NCBI GenBank assembly: GCA_004431415.1
Contig: QPMI01000165.1
Location: forward strand, 1 to 64,000
Direction of reading: 5' to 3'
DNA length: 64,000 nucleotides
Source: Cyanophora paradoxa CCMP329
Taxonomy: Eukaryota; Plantae; Glaucophyta
The notes below the pieces were generated by a model. The model was not told where the DNA came from and made no database searches. It worked only from the letters and a program-made list of their open reading frames with translations. Numbering within the stretch: the stretch's first letter is position 1; every line of letters begins with the position of its first letter. Position numbers and translations under genes: made by a program. Positions 11,099-22,000 of this stretch are shown piece after piece.

Positions 11099-12109
11099 AT
11101 GCCTGTGGAATATGTTGAAGTGTCTTCATTCAAACAACTACCTAACCTTGATGCTCCAACATCGCGATTCATTGCCGATCTCCGTAAAACATTCGATGAT
11201 GTGAGAGCGGTTCGACTTGTTTCGGCGGAGTTTTATAATTCCATTCCAATCATTAGCGGTGATTCGGTTGCTGGTGATGCAACAGTTGAAGATGCATTCA
11301 CAATCAATTTCAGTATAGCAAATGCCGCTGTTAATTCTACGGCTGCTCCCGCTCCTGGTTTTGATGTGTGGCGAAGTATTCGACCCGGTATTGGTCTTGG
11401 TCTGAACGTTATTAATACGCATCAAGAACTGGCGGATCGGATTACTGAACTATTCGCTGGAAATACACCAAACCCAAATATAGTCTGCAAATGGGACGCT
11501 TCCAACAAGAGATTCATATTTCATGCTCCGCATCAATTCTATATTGCATTCGTGACAGATAAAGACCCAAAGGTATCCGGTGCCGAAGCGGGTAACCGTC
11601 GCGCTCGTGTTTTAGGTCTCGATGCTGGGCGTAGAGGTAATAGATTTATCAAATCGAGTGTGTACACTGCTCAAACAGATCCCGTATTTACCGGTGCAAA
11701 TGTACATGGGATCATCTCAACTTTTCCAACTGAAACTTGTAAGGATAATGTAATATTTGTGAGAGTAAAAGAACTCGGTGACCTCATCCAATGCGCTGAT
11801 GGTCTTCTCACTGGATATTTTCATAAGTTGACTGTTCAAGATAAAAATTTCGCTGAACACATAATATATAATTCAACGGAAGCAAACCCGATGTATAAAT
11901 ACTACAATAAGAAGATGTCACTATCGCAACTCTCAATAGATATAGTGAACGCTCAGAATCAGTTAATAGATTTTGAAGGTCAACCTGTGCATCTGACATT
12001 CGAAATCCGCTATGGAGATGAACCCGCCGGTGATCCCATTTATGAATATTTCAAAATGAGAATGAGAGAGACCCACCCCTTCTATCCAAATATTGCCGGA
12101 TTCGCGTAA
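11099..12109 (+). CDS. Minor capsid (penton-like) protein 2
   Basis: VRAVRLVSAEF and LSIDIVNAQNQLIDFEGQPVHLTFEI motifs; homologue at 43355..44281. Confidence 0.8.
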   Translation: MPVEYVEVSSFKQLPNLDAPTSRFIADLRKTFDDVRAVRLVSAEFYNSIPIISGDSVAGDATVEDAFTINFSIANAAVNSTAAPAPGFDVWRSIRPGIGLGLNVINTHQELADRITELFAGNTPNPNIVCKWDASNKRFIFHAPHQFYIAFVTDKDPKVSGAEAGNRRARVLGLDAGRRGNRFIKSSVYTAQTDPVFTGANVHGIISTFPTETCKDNVIFVRVKELGDLIQCADGLLTGYFHKLTVQDKNFAEHIIYNSTEANPMYKYYNKKMSLSQLSIDIVNAQNQLIDFEGQPVHLTFEIRYGDEPAGDPIYEYFKMRMRETHPFYPNIAGFA

Positions 12110-12163
12110 ATTAAGGATCATTCACAGAATTTTTATATTTTTGTATAGTAAAAGCAAAACAGA

Positions 12164-13564
12164 ATGGATGTTACATCGACCCTTCAACGTCTATCGCTCA
12201 AAGAGGCGCTAACAACGCCGGAGGAAGCCAAAGCGTTCTTCCTCGATAACTCGCTTATGCTTGGTCTTGAATCGAAGACTAAACCCGTTCTGGTAACTGT
12301 TAGTCCATCAACAACCTACGATAACAACGTTGGTCAACGCGTTTCTTTCAAACTTCCCCGCTATAACTTTGTTGGTAAAATTGAACTCGCTTTCGATCTT
12401 CCCGAACTAACCGCTTTCGAAGGCGATACCGACCTTGTGCGAAACGGTTACACCCGTCCCGTTGGTGCGCTTGTAGAGCGTCTCGAATTCTCGTATGGCT
12501 CGTATACCTACCACGTGCCGTCTGATTTCCTGGCAATTTTCCCGCTGGTCTACTATTCTGAGGATCAGCTCGCGAAAAAGAAGCGTTCAATGGGTATGCT
12601 CCATGGTATTCCCGCTCACGGAACCAACCGCAAAGGTGGCGCTTTCTTCGTTGAAATCCCGGTGCCGTGGTTGAATCATTACTTGCCCCTTGGTGCGCTC
12701 TCGGGCGAAGCCGTTATCACTGTGTGGTTTAAGGAAACTAACAAGGGTTACCTTGAAACTTCTTATGGCGGTCGCTCTCTTCCCGTTGTTGGAACCACTG
12801 CTACCGATAAATCATCAGATGATGGACTCGGAAATGCTACAAGCGTTACACTTGCTAATGTAGGTCAAAACATCACCACTGGCGGTATCACTGGGTTCGA
12901 AGTTGCTGGAACTGTTCCACCAATGACCCATTACATCTCCATTAAGTCTCCTCGTCTCTACATGCATGCTATCAACGTGTCAGATGAACTGTTTGCTACT
13001 GTTATTGAGAAGGTTAAGACCACGGGGATGGCTATTCCCGCTCTCGACATCGGTTTTGTCGATGCAATTGGTGTTGCTGCGAAAGGTAACACTCAACCCA
13101 ACCGAATCAATCTTAGCCAAATCTCCGGTCTGGTTTATGCTCTTCTTGTCTCTGTTCGCGATGCTGATGGTGTCGATACTTCCAATGGTTCTCACAGCGT
13201 CCTTAAAACGCTTGCGAATGCGAAGGATATCACGATGACTTGTGAGATCAACGGACAGCGTCTCTATTCGACCGAGCCAATCCCTCTACTAAAAGGTGCG
13301 GAACTCATCGCCGATGCCTTCAAATGCTCAAACATGGACAAGGAAGCAAACCGCTACGTCCTTACCGGTCTTCCATTCTGTGTTGACGGTGAGAAGGCGA
13401 TTCGCAACATTGCCCAATCTGGATATGTTGACCTTACAAACTCATCGTCATCGTTCCTCACTCTGTATCTCCCTGCTGATCGTACAATTACTGTTAACGT
13501 TCGCGCTCTCATGCATTCGTTCATTATTGTCGATAAGGACGGAATTCGCCGCATTAATCTCTAA
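12164..13564 (+). CDS. Major capsid protein (putative double jelly-roll)
   Basis: 466 aa, beta-rich, RVSFKLPRYNFV motif, lies between minor capsid and ATPase genes; homologue at 41994..43307. The fold is inferred from context. Confidence 0.78.
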   Translation: MDVTSTLQRLSLKEALTTPEEAKAFFLDNSLMLGLESKTKPVLVTVSPSTTYDNNVGQRVSFKLPRYNFVGKIELAFDLPELTAFEGDTDLVRNGYTRPVGALVERLEFSYGSYTYHVPSDFLAIFPLVYYSEDQLAKKKRSMGMLHGIPAHGTNRKGGAFFVEIPVPWLNHYLPLGALSGEAVITVWFKETNKGYLETSYGGRSLPVVGTTATDKSSDDGLGNATSVTLANVGQNITTGGITGFEVAGTVPPMTHYISIKSPRLYMHAINVSDELFATVIEKVKTTGMAIPALDIGFVDAIGVAAKGNTQPNRINLSQISGLVYALLVSVRDADGVDTSNGSHSVLKTLANAKDITMTCEINGQRLYSTEPIPLLKGAELIADAFKCSNMDKEANRYVLTGLPFCVDGEKAIRNIAQSGYVDLTNSSSSFLTLYLPADRTITVNVRALMHSFIIVDKDGIRRINL

Positions 13565-13625
13565 ACCATTATCAGTAAGATTTTGTTATTTTTATCTATC
13601 TTTATTAAGAAAGATCTACTACGCC

Positions 13626-14408
13626 ATGTCTGACGTTCCCGAATTTAATGCTGGTGAGATGATAAACCCACCATTCCGTGTCTTAGCAATCGGAAAATCT
13701 GCGACGGGTAAAAGCGAAGCGGTAAAGTATTGGCTAAAACAGTTACATGATGCTAAAAAAATCGATGTTGTTCTTGTTGTAAGTGGAACCTCATTCAATC
13801 ATTTCTGGGATAAAGTAGCAACCTTACAACTCGGAAAATGGGATGCGCCTTACATCGCTAAACTTCTCGATGAAAGACAAGAGAAAATTGAGAAAGGAGA
13901 ACCCGTAAACCAATTATGTGTTGTCCTTGATGATCTTATAGATAATGAGATTGTAGACCTAACCCGTGATAAAATTATTGGATCTCTGTATTCGAGGGGG
14001 CGTCACAGCGCGATATCGATAATTTGCATCACACAGAAACTTCGTAAGGTTTCTTCAACCATTCGCGTCAATTCTGATTACGCAATGTTTCTTAGTGCCG
14101 CTAACAGGAAAGAACTTGAAGCCATCGAAGAAGAATACAATATCATGCGGGATAAAGACGCTTTTTATAAGATGTTTGAAGAGTATGTACATTCCTATCA
14201 GTTTCTCATTTGGAGTTCTGCTAATTATTCGGTGGAATACTATGTTGATAAAGCGGAACTCGTTAAAGAGTTTGGGTTTCCTCGGTTTCACAGAAAGCCC
14301 AAAAAGAAAGAAGACGAATTAAAACCGCCTGAGAAGGAGGAAGCGCCAAAAGAGATTAAAAGCGCTGTTCACACTAATAAATTGATGCGATATAAGAGGG
14401 GATTGTAA
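13626..14408 (+). CDS. A32/FtsK-like genome packaging ATPase
   Basis: GKSATGKS (Walker A), VVLDDL (Walker B), RGRHSAISIICITQ. Confidence 0.93.
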   Translation: MSDVPEFNAGEMINPPFRVLAIGKSATGKSEAVKYWLKQLHDAKKIDVVLVVSGTSFNHFWDKVATLQLGKWDAPYIAKLLDERQEKIEKGEPVNQLCVVLDDLIDNEIVDLTRDKIIGSLYSRGRHSAISIICITQKLRKVSSTIRVNSDYAMFLSAANRKELEAIEEEYNIMRDKDAFYKMFEEYVHSYQFLIWSSANYSVEYYVDKAELVKEFGFPRFHRKPKKKEDELKPPEKEEAPKEIKSAVHTNKLMRYKRGL

Positions 14409-14436
14409 AATTATCTCTGTATGTTATAAATATACA

Positions 14437-15168
14437 ATGCCGCCGAAACGTAGAGGTGTTCCCGCTGGTGCTATATCGTATTCCGGCGGTGAAAGTCATG
14501 GATCTCTCAACACCACACCCATGAAATTCAACGGAATGAGCGAAGTGAAACCATCGCAACAAGAAGAAGACCCTTTAAATGCCGCTTATGAAGAAGCGCC
14601 CGGTGATAAAGCGCCGCAAACCTCCCAAAGTGAGCAATTGAACATTTCGCCGGAAGTCTCAAAGATGAAGGCGGTCGGTGAAGGCGCTCGCCGAATTATC
14701 GGTGCTGCCGATGATCGTGAACTTGGTCTAAAAGATCTTTCACTCGCTCGCAAGGGTGAAGGTGTTTCCAAAGAATCGGACAAGGTAATTCAATCGATGG
14801 CTGGTGAAGTCACTTACAAGGTTGCGCCAACTCAAAACATCCACCGAATCCCGAAAGCTCAATGGGATGAAATGACCGCTAAATTAAAGGATCTCGAAGC
14901 GAAATCAAGCGCTCTGGAACAGTATGTAACTGAGAAAAAGGAGAGATCGAAAATTAAGGAAATGCTGCGCAAAGAAGTATTCCGTATGGGTATCACAGGT
15001 CTTCCCGATAAGCAATTTATTGGTAAGAAAGAGACGCAAATAGATGAACAAGCGGTAGATGAGTTGAAGACCAAGACCCAAAAGGGTACTGTTGAACCCG
15101 GTGCTACGAAAGCGGAAGTTGATAAAGGTGTAGCTCCCACAGCATACAAGCGGAGAGTTTGGTTATAA
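14437..15168 (+). CDS. Hypothetical charged protein, possibly virion core
   Basis: 243 aa; syntenic homologue at 40392..41074. Confidence 0.7.
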   Translation: MPPKRRGVPAGAISYSGGESHGSLNTTPMKFNGMSEVKPSQQEEDPLNAAYEEAPGDKAPQTSQSEQLNISPEVSKMKAVGEGARRIIGAADDRELGLKDLSLARKGEGVSKESDKVIQSMAGEVTYKVAPTQNIHRIPKAQWDEMTAKLKDLEAKSSALEQYVTEKKERSKIKEMLRKEVFRMGITGLPDKQFIGKKETQIDEQAVDELKTKTQKGTVEPGATKAEVDKGVAPTAYKRRVWL

Positions 15169-15194
15169 ATATATATCTTTTAAAGAGGGAATCG

Positions 15195-15413
15195 ATGGAC
15201 TTTCTGAAAAAGATCATTGAGATGTTTGAGATGCATTGCGTAACTGATTGTCACAATGACTGCTGCGATACGAAATTCGAAATGGATTTCTCAGATGGTG
15301 GAAGCGATGGAGGGCGAAGGCATTCGCAAGATTCGATAACAACTGAGACAATCACCGTTACGGAAACAGAGACTGTCCGCCGCCGATCGTTTTCGCAAAA
15401 CGATCATAAATAA
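15195..15413 (+). CDS. Small Cys/His-rich protein
   Basis: IEMFEMHCVTDCHNDCCDT matches IEMFHLHFISHCKSGCCDT in 39774..40187. Confidence 0.75.
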   Translation: MDFLKKIIEMFEMHCVTDCHNDCCDTKFEMDFSDGGSDGGRRHSQDSITTETITVTETETVRRRSFSQNDHK

Positions 15414-15616
15414 TATCTTTGGTTATGGTATCAAATGTCACGTGAAGAGATCTACACCATCATACTATCGAAACGAAAGATTTACGCCGTTAAATCTGCA
15501 ATTGAAGAACGTAGACACCAACTGGCTTTGGTCGCCAAAAATTGACAACCCAAAAAGGATTTAAAGGTACTGCGATATTACACACTGATAAAATATTTTC
15601 TCTGCTTAAAATAAGG

Positions 15617-15880
15617 ATGGCTGCGTTTGCCGATGATGTTAGCGTTGTTGAACTTGAATTTGATAGCGACGAATCCATGGACTCTCCAACTGAGAAAACT
15701 AAAACAAGTGCTGATGGTATCAGTTATAGAATCCGTAAGATCATTGCTCAACGCAATAGATATAATGAGGATGCCGAATATCGCGAACTGAAAAAGAAGA
15801 AGGTATTAGAAGCGTATTACCGTCGTAAAGCGGAGGAGGGAACCAATATGGGAAAGCGTGGAAGACCGCGCAAGTATTGA
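15617..15880 (+). CDS. Small basic protein with AT-hook-like motif
   Basis: RYNEDAEYRE and KRGRPRKY; homologue at 39236..39649. Confidence 0.75.
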   Translation: MAAFADDVSVVELEFDSDESMDSPTEKTKTSADGISYRIRKIIAQRNRYNEDAEYRELKKKKVLEAYYRRKAEEGTNMGKRGRPRKY

Positions 15881-16092
15881 ATAGAAAACCCCCAATTGCC
15901 GCTGGACATCATTTCTTATTTTTCGAGCGGCTTACCGATTATATTCGGTAATTCCGTTACCATTTCTCGATTGCCCCGATTTAATCGATTTATTTCCCGA
16001 TACGGAGGAAAAAGTATTTAAAGACAAGGCGCCAAAAAATGACAAGGAAGAAAAATATTTTCTCAACCTATTGTAGAAAGAGAAAGTTGGAA

Positions 16093-18753
16093 ATGACCCC
16101 ATCAGACAAGCTCGGCAATCTGCACAAGTTTACCCCTGGAAAGGTAACATCTGGTATGTTTCTCAAAACACTCACTGGAACCCGAAATGCTGATAATCTG
16201 ATGGAACTGGATGATGATGTTATTCTTGATCGCATCAATAAGAGTTTGAAGAAGGGACTGTATCCAACATGGGCTGAATGCATCCAACCTGATCAGGTGA
16301 CTCGGGTTTACCTTGATCTTGATCGGTTCGTAGATTTGAAGCCCAACCTTGAAGACAACTACAAGGAAGCGGAAGAAACCATTAGAGCAATGCGTGAGAA
16401 ATTACATGATCTGACCGGCGCTACTATTGCTGTATCTGTTCGTCATCGCCGCATTCATCTTATCAAAGAAGATGTTGATCAATTCAAGATATCCGCTCAT
16501 TTCGTTTTCACTGATCTCTGCTGTCGCCATGAAGATATCCCGAAACTCTTCAATGAAATGGGTCTTGTCAAAAATGTAGAATTCGACAGCGGTGTTTATG
16601 GTACAACTCAAAACATAATCTGCTTGGGTTGTTGCAAGGGTGAGAAGATTGATTCCCAAAACAAGAGGGCGCATGACATTGATAAGAACGTTCTATTTAC
16701 TAAGTTTGTCGATTGCAAGGATATGCACGATAGTGAGTTTTTCGTACAATTTACCGATTGCCCCACGATGCTGGTGGACGAGACAAACTTTCACGTCTTC
16801 TCAGTGAACAAAACAGAGAAGAAGGCAAAGACAAAGAAGGAAGCGGAACCGAAGAAGGAAGCGGAACCGAAGAAGGAAGCGGAACCAAAGAAGGAAACCA
16901 AGAAAACCACTAAAAAAGAAGCCAAGAAAGAAGAGGTGGAAGAGGAAGAGAAAGGTGGCGAAGTTTCGTTTGATCTTCTGTACGGAGTTGTGATGGGTTT
17001 GAATGCTGAACGCGCGGATACCTACAAATCATGGATTGATACAGGTATTGCAATCATCAATGCTTGCGAAGACAACAAGATACCACGCAAGCAACAATTC
17101 GAAATATTCCATGACTTCTCACAAAAAAGTGAAAAGTTCGATTACGACGAATGCAATGACAAGTTCATGAGTCTTTGCAAAGGCAAGAAGATGGTGGAAG
17201 GTAAACGGCTTACGTACGGTTCGCTGGTATACTGGTTGAAGAAAGACGATATTGAGCTTTATAATGAGTTGTTCCCTACCAAGTATGCATTCTTGCCCGA
17301 AGATTCCGACGACATCGATTATAAGACCGCAAAGATCCCACCAATCGTTGAGGATTACGCTACGCATCGCCTTTACTTCAATGCAAGGATGCACCACATT
17401 GAAATGCTGGGTATTGTGATGCATTGGGATGAACAACAACTTGCGTGGAGACCGAAAGATAGTCAAAAACTTGGCTCCAAACACTACCCACACCTGATGC
17501 ATAAAATCGTTCTGAACAAGGGAACCGAGAAGGAAGTTGAGAAATGGATTCCCTCATTTCCGGAATGGATCAAAGACCCACAGGCGACACGTTCCATGTA
17601 CGTGGATTTCCTCCCGCCTCCGGCTAAACTGAGCGCGAAATGCAAATCTGTGTTTAATCTGTATCCTGGGTTCAAGATTGATCATGAGGTAGATGAAATC
17701 AAGGACTCACTACCGGAGGATGTGACCGAAGATATGATCAAACCGTTCCTGACTCATCTTCACCTGATGTCCGGAGAAGACGATAACACATACCAATACC
17801 TTCTTAAATGGTTCGCTCACATGATGCAAAAGCCTGGTGAACTTAACGGAGTGTCAATTATCCTAATTGGTGAACAAGGCACCGGTAAGAACGTGTTGTT
17901 TGATCTGTTCGAGAAAAGCATTCTGGGTGATGCTCTTTCCTATTCGACCGGCAAACCGAAAGATGACCTGTTCGGGCGCTTTGCTCACAATCGCGAAGAC
18001 AAGATCTTAATTGTTGTTAATGAGGCATCAGGAAAAGATACGTTCGAGAACAGCGATATCCTCAAAGATCTGGTCACCACAAAGAAAATTACTATTGAAC
18101 ACAAGGGAGTAGATTCATACGACAAAAAGAATTTCGCGCGCATTGTGTTCACAAGTAACAATAGCGTCCCTGTGAAGATCGAAGCGGGTGACCGTCGATT
18201 TGTCGTAGTGGAAGTGAGTAAGCGATACTGTAAGAATGTGGAGTACTTCACACCTCTTCTGAAATGGCTGAACGACATAAGGAATATCCGCAACATCACC
18301 CACTTCTTGCGCACAAAGGTGGATTGTGATAATATTAACTGGCAGGAAGAAAGACCCAAGACCAATAAGTATTATCTGGTTCAGCAAATCTCCGCACCAA
18401 TCATTCTGATGTTTGCAAAGTGGTTAATGGATACTGGGGAGATTACCGAAATCAAGTGTAAGTTAAGCGGTCTTGCTTCTACATGGGAGTTGTTCAAGAG
18501 CTTCATTACGGAAAATAAATACAAGAACGACTACAACAGCAAGCGGTTCTATACGGAGATGCGATGCACTTCCTATATTCAAGTGAAAACCGCAAATGGT
18601 AAACCCTACTACCACTTCATCTGGAACGAAATGCTGGCGGAATTCCGTAAGTTGAAGCTAATTGATGATGATTCGATTAAGGAAGAACCAAACCCCAAGA
18701 TTCCCGCCAAGAAAGCTGGGACGAAGTTTGAAGATTCTGACGTTGAATCGTAA
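16093..18753 (+). CDS. AEP primase-polymerase + PriCT-2 + D5-like SF3 helicase (alternative start 16039)
   Basis: RVYLDLD, KISAHFVF, FDSGVY (AEP); RADTYKSWIDTGIAI (PriCT-2); GEQGTGKN, IVVNEA, FTSNN, DRRF (SF3). KKEAEP x3 linker. Confidence 0.93.
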   Translation: MTPSDKLGNLHKFTPGKVTSGMFLKTLTGTRNADNLMELDDDVILDRINKSLKKGLYPTWAECIQPDQVTRVYLDLDRFVDLKPNLEDNYKEAEETIRAMREKLHDLTGATIAVSVRHRRIHLIKEDVDQFKISAHFVFTDLCCRHEDIPKLFNEMGLVKNVEFDSGVYGTTQNIICLGCCKGEKIDSQNKRAHDIDKNVLFTKFVDCKDMHDSEFFVQFTDCPTMLVDETNFHVFSVNKTEKKAKTKKEAEPKKEAEPKKEAEPKKETKKTTKKEAKKEEVEEEEKGGEVSFDLLYGVVMGLNAERADTYKSWIDTGIAIINACEDNKIPRKQQFEIFHDFSQKSEKFDYDECNDKFMSLCKGKKMVEGKRLTYGSLVYWLKKDDIELYNELFPTKYAFLPEDSDDIDYKTAKIPPIVEDYATHRLYFNARMHHIEMLGIVMHWDEQQLAWRPKDSQKLGSKHYPHLMHKIVLNKGTEKEVEKWIPSFPEWIKDPQATRSMYVDFLPPPAKLSAKCKSVFNLYPGFKIDHEVDEIKDSLPEDVTEDMIKPFLTHLHLMSGEDDNTYQYLLKWFAHMMQKPGELNGVSIILIGEQGTGKNVLFDLFEKSILGDALSYSTGKPKDDLFGRFAHNREDKILIVVNEASGKDTFENSDILKDLVTTKKITIEHKGVDSYDKKNFARIVFTSNNSVPVKIEAGDRRFVVVEVSKRYCKNVEYFTPLLKWLNDIRNIRNITHFLRTKVDCDNINWQEERPKTNKYYLVQQISAPIILMFAKWLMDTGEITEIKCKLSGLASTWELFKSFITENKYKNDYNSKRFYTEMRCTSYIQVKTANGKPYYHFIWNEMLAEFRKLKLIDDDSIKEEPNPKIPAKKAGTKFEDSDVES

Positions 18754-18757
18754 TGTT

Positions 18758-18977
18758 CACACCCCACCCTACACCCCACCGTTACCATAACCTTCTTGTA
18801 ATTCCTTATTTTTATAAACTATTTTGTAGATTGAATTGTATGTTAATATAGTAATTAATAGGGAAGGTGGGAGGGTGGGGTGTGGTGGGGTCAAATTTTA
18901 AGAAAAGTTGGGGACGCTTCAAAATTCTAAGGAATTTCAAAAACATGCCCCACCTGACCCCACCCGCCCCACCCTAT
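18758..18977. repeat. Internal copy of the TIR heptamer module, directly after the primase-helicase stop codon
   Basis: CCCCACC pair, then GGTGGGR x3, AT-rich spacer, CCCCACC x3; similar to 36271-36495. Confidence 0.85.
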
Positions 18978-19023
18978 CAAACGCGTTCAAAATCCAAAAT
19001 AAAAATGTTCCTTTATAATAAAG

Positions 19024-22000
19024 ATGCCCCGCCAAACGAACAGACTCATTAAAGAAAAGAAAAATGAAATACTTGGGCTGTTAGGAACTCTCTTTGTTAC
19101 CGGTGAGATCACCGAAGCGGAATTTGATAGAGAAGCCGCCATCTTAGATAGACGACCGCGATTAGCACAACTCAGAGATATTACAAATGACCTTTACGAT
19201 CGCCTGCAAAGAATGGAGGAGTTCATGGATGAAGGACAGAGATTAGGAGCAATTGAACCGGATATTGAAGATGGTCAAGCAATGAATCAAGCGTATTCGT
19301 GGTTAACCTATCGCGCCCGAAACGAAGTTGTCGTGGATGCTATCGAATTTCTCGAAAGAATCGCACCAAGTCTACCACAACGCATTAAGACCCGCTTGGA
19401 TCAACTGAATGCGGTTAAAGTACGTCTGACGTTCGTTTGCAAATTTACCAAAGTAGGAAATCCGCGAATCTACATCACCAAATACATTTACAGCGATTAT
19501 TTCGTAATTACCCGATCCCGCAACATTAACACAGAAGTTCGCAAAGCGTTACAGAAAATGCAAGAGGAGATGACACAAGTGGATAGTTACCGCCTGGAAC
19601 GTATCCAAATTTTGAGAGGTGTTATTATGTCTTATGCACCTGTGGGTGGTTGTTATTTCGCAACTCCTGAATGGATCGCATCCAAGAAGGCAACAGTGAA
19701 TGTTAAAAATATAGACGGTCAAGATTGCTTCAAATATGCAATTTTGGCGTACCTGCATCGAAAGGACATTAATAAACACAAGAGCAATGAACCGAGCCAA
19801 TATCGCCGTTGGTTAGATGAACTCAATTTTGATGGTATTCAGTTTCCGGTTGCTTGTGATGCTGAGGTAATCGATCGATTCGAAGAACTGAACCCTGACC
19901 TATCTATTAACATATATGGAGCGGATAACACCAAAGAGTGTTTCTTTCCACTGCATCAATCAAGTAACCCAAGGAGAAAGACCAAGATTAACCTTTTACT
20001 TATCGAAAACACCGAAGACGATCGGGGACACTACATTACTATCATGTCTTTTAGTCGTCTCTTAAAGACCACTTTCGATAAAGCATGTGATGGTCGCATT
20101 TATTACTGTGAAACCTGCCTGTCCCGTTTCAGAACTCAGGAGAAATTAGACCTACATGTTGAAGCGAACCGCTGCATTGATTGGAGGGAGAGCAAAGGCA
20201 AATGCCCGAAGCCCGGAAGCATAATTGAGTTCGGTCTGCAACATCTACGTAAAACCGTTTGGCTACCTGTGATCTGTTATGTTAAAGTCGAAGATCATTC
20301 GGTTGCGATTGATGCTCAGAGGAGTAAACGTGAGATTAAAGCGGTTTCATTGAGAGTGGTAATGGGAGAAGAAGTGAGATCATACCAATTTGAGGGAGCT
20401 GATCCGTTTGGTTCTCTCTTTGCTGCTCTACAAGATATCAGACCCGAAATAGTTGAAACGCTGTTTAGAAATATCCCGATGCATCCACTCACAGATGATC
20501 AGAAGGCGGAGTACAAGATAACAAAATACTGCTATATTTGCTCTCAGAGATTCACCCACGAAAATTTCCCGGTTCGGGATCATTGTCACCAATCCGGCGA
20601 TTTTATTGGAAAGGCATGCCGAAACTGTAACCTTCATAGGAGAATTTCGAAGCAAACCAAAGTAGCTATTGTGGTAGATCAAATGGATGAATGCGGTCAT
20701 GGAATATTCCGCAAGATTGCCCAACAAGACGATAAACTACGTGTTGAGATTCTAAGCAAGAATTTTGATCAGTACCTATCGCTTCAATGGGGTATGTGGA
20801 AGTTCATCGATGCTTCCCATTTTATGGATTTCCAATCTGTGGATGTGGAGGATTTAATGAGGAAATTCGAAGCATTCCGTAAATTGGCGTTTTCTCAATA
20901 TGGATTGGATCCCGCGCATTATGTTAGCGCACCGGGTCTATCTTGGGATGCAATGCTAAAACACACGAAGGTAAAGATTGGACTAATTGATGATGTAGAG
21001 AAATACGAATTTGTTGAGAGAGCCATTCGTGGTGGATTTGCTACCATGCCCACACGATATGCAAAGGTAGAGACCCCCGAAGATCATATAGTATTGTTGG
21101 ACGCAAATAATCTTTATGGGTATGCACTCAGTCAACCACTACCAATCGGAGATTATCGATGGGAAGACATCACAGAGGCACTTAAAGAGGTAGAGGGACG
21201 AAGCGCATTTATTGAAGTTGATCTTGAATACCCAACATCCCTTGAAGATCATTACGATTTCCCACTGATTGTGAATAAAGAAGTGATCACCAATGAGATG
21301 CTTGGTGATTATCAACGAAAACTATTAGATCTGACGGGCGAAAAGATCAGCAAAGACCCAAAACTTACAGCGACATTTACGCCCAAGAATAAATACGTGA
21401 TTGCCCGACCTCTTCTTAATTACATCGTTAAGAAGGGTGTGATTGTAAAAACAATACATAGAGTTCTCTCATTTGCTACTTCCCCATTCATGAAATCATA
21501 TATTGGTCTGAATACTCTACTCCGCCATGAATCTACTAACCATTTTGAAAGCGACTTTTTTAAACTCATGAACAATGCGATTTATGGTAAATGCTTGGAA
21601 TCTTGCAGGGGTCGCTCAACTGTCAAGATCGCTAACAGTGAGAAACTGTGTAAGAAATACGCAGCAAGCCCACTTATCAAAGCAACCAATGTATTAAACG
21701 AAAACGCTGTTGCCTTTGAGATGTATTCGAAGCATGTTAACTTAGATAAACCCGTTGCAATTGGCGCTTTCGTGTTGGATTTCGCGAAACTACATAATTA
21801 TGAGTTCTTCTACGATGTGGTAAGAAAGAAGTGGGAAACAGCTAAACTACTGTTTCACGATACCGATTCGTTCTGTCTTTTCTTGAAAACGAATAATCTC
21901 AATGAAGATATGAAAGAGATAGGTGAGCATCTCGATAGGAGCAATTACGATAAATCCCATCCTCTTGTGAGTATCAGGAACCGCATGGTTCCCGGTAAAT

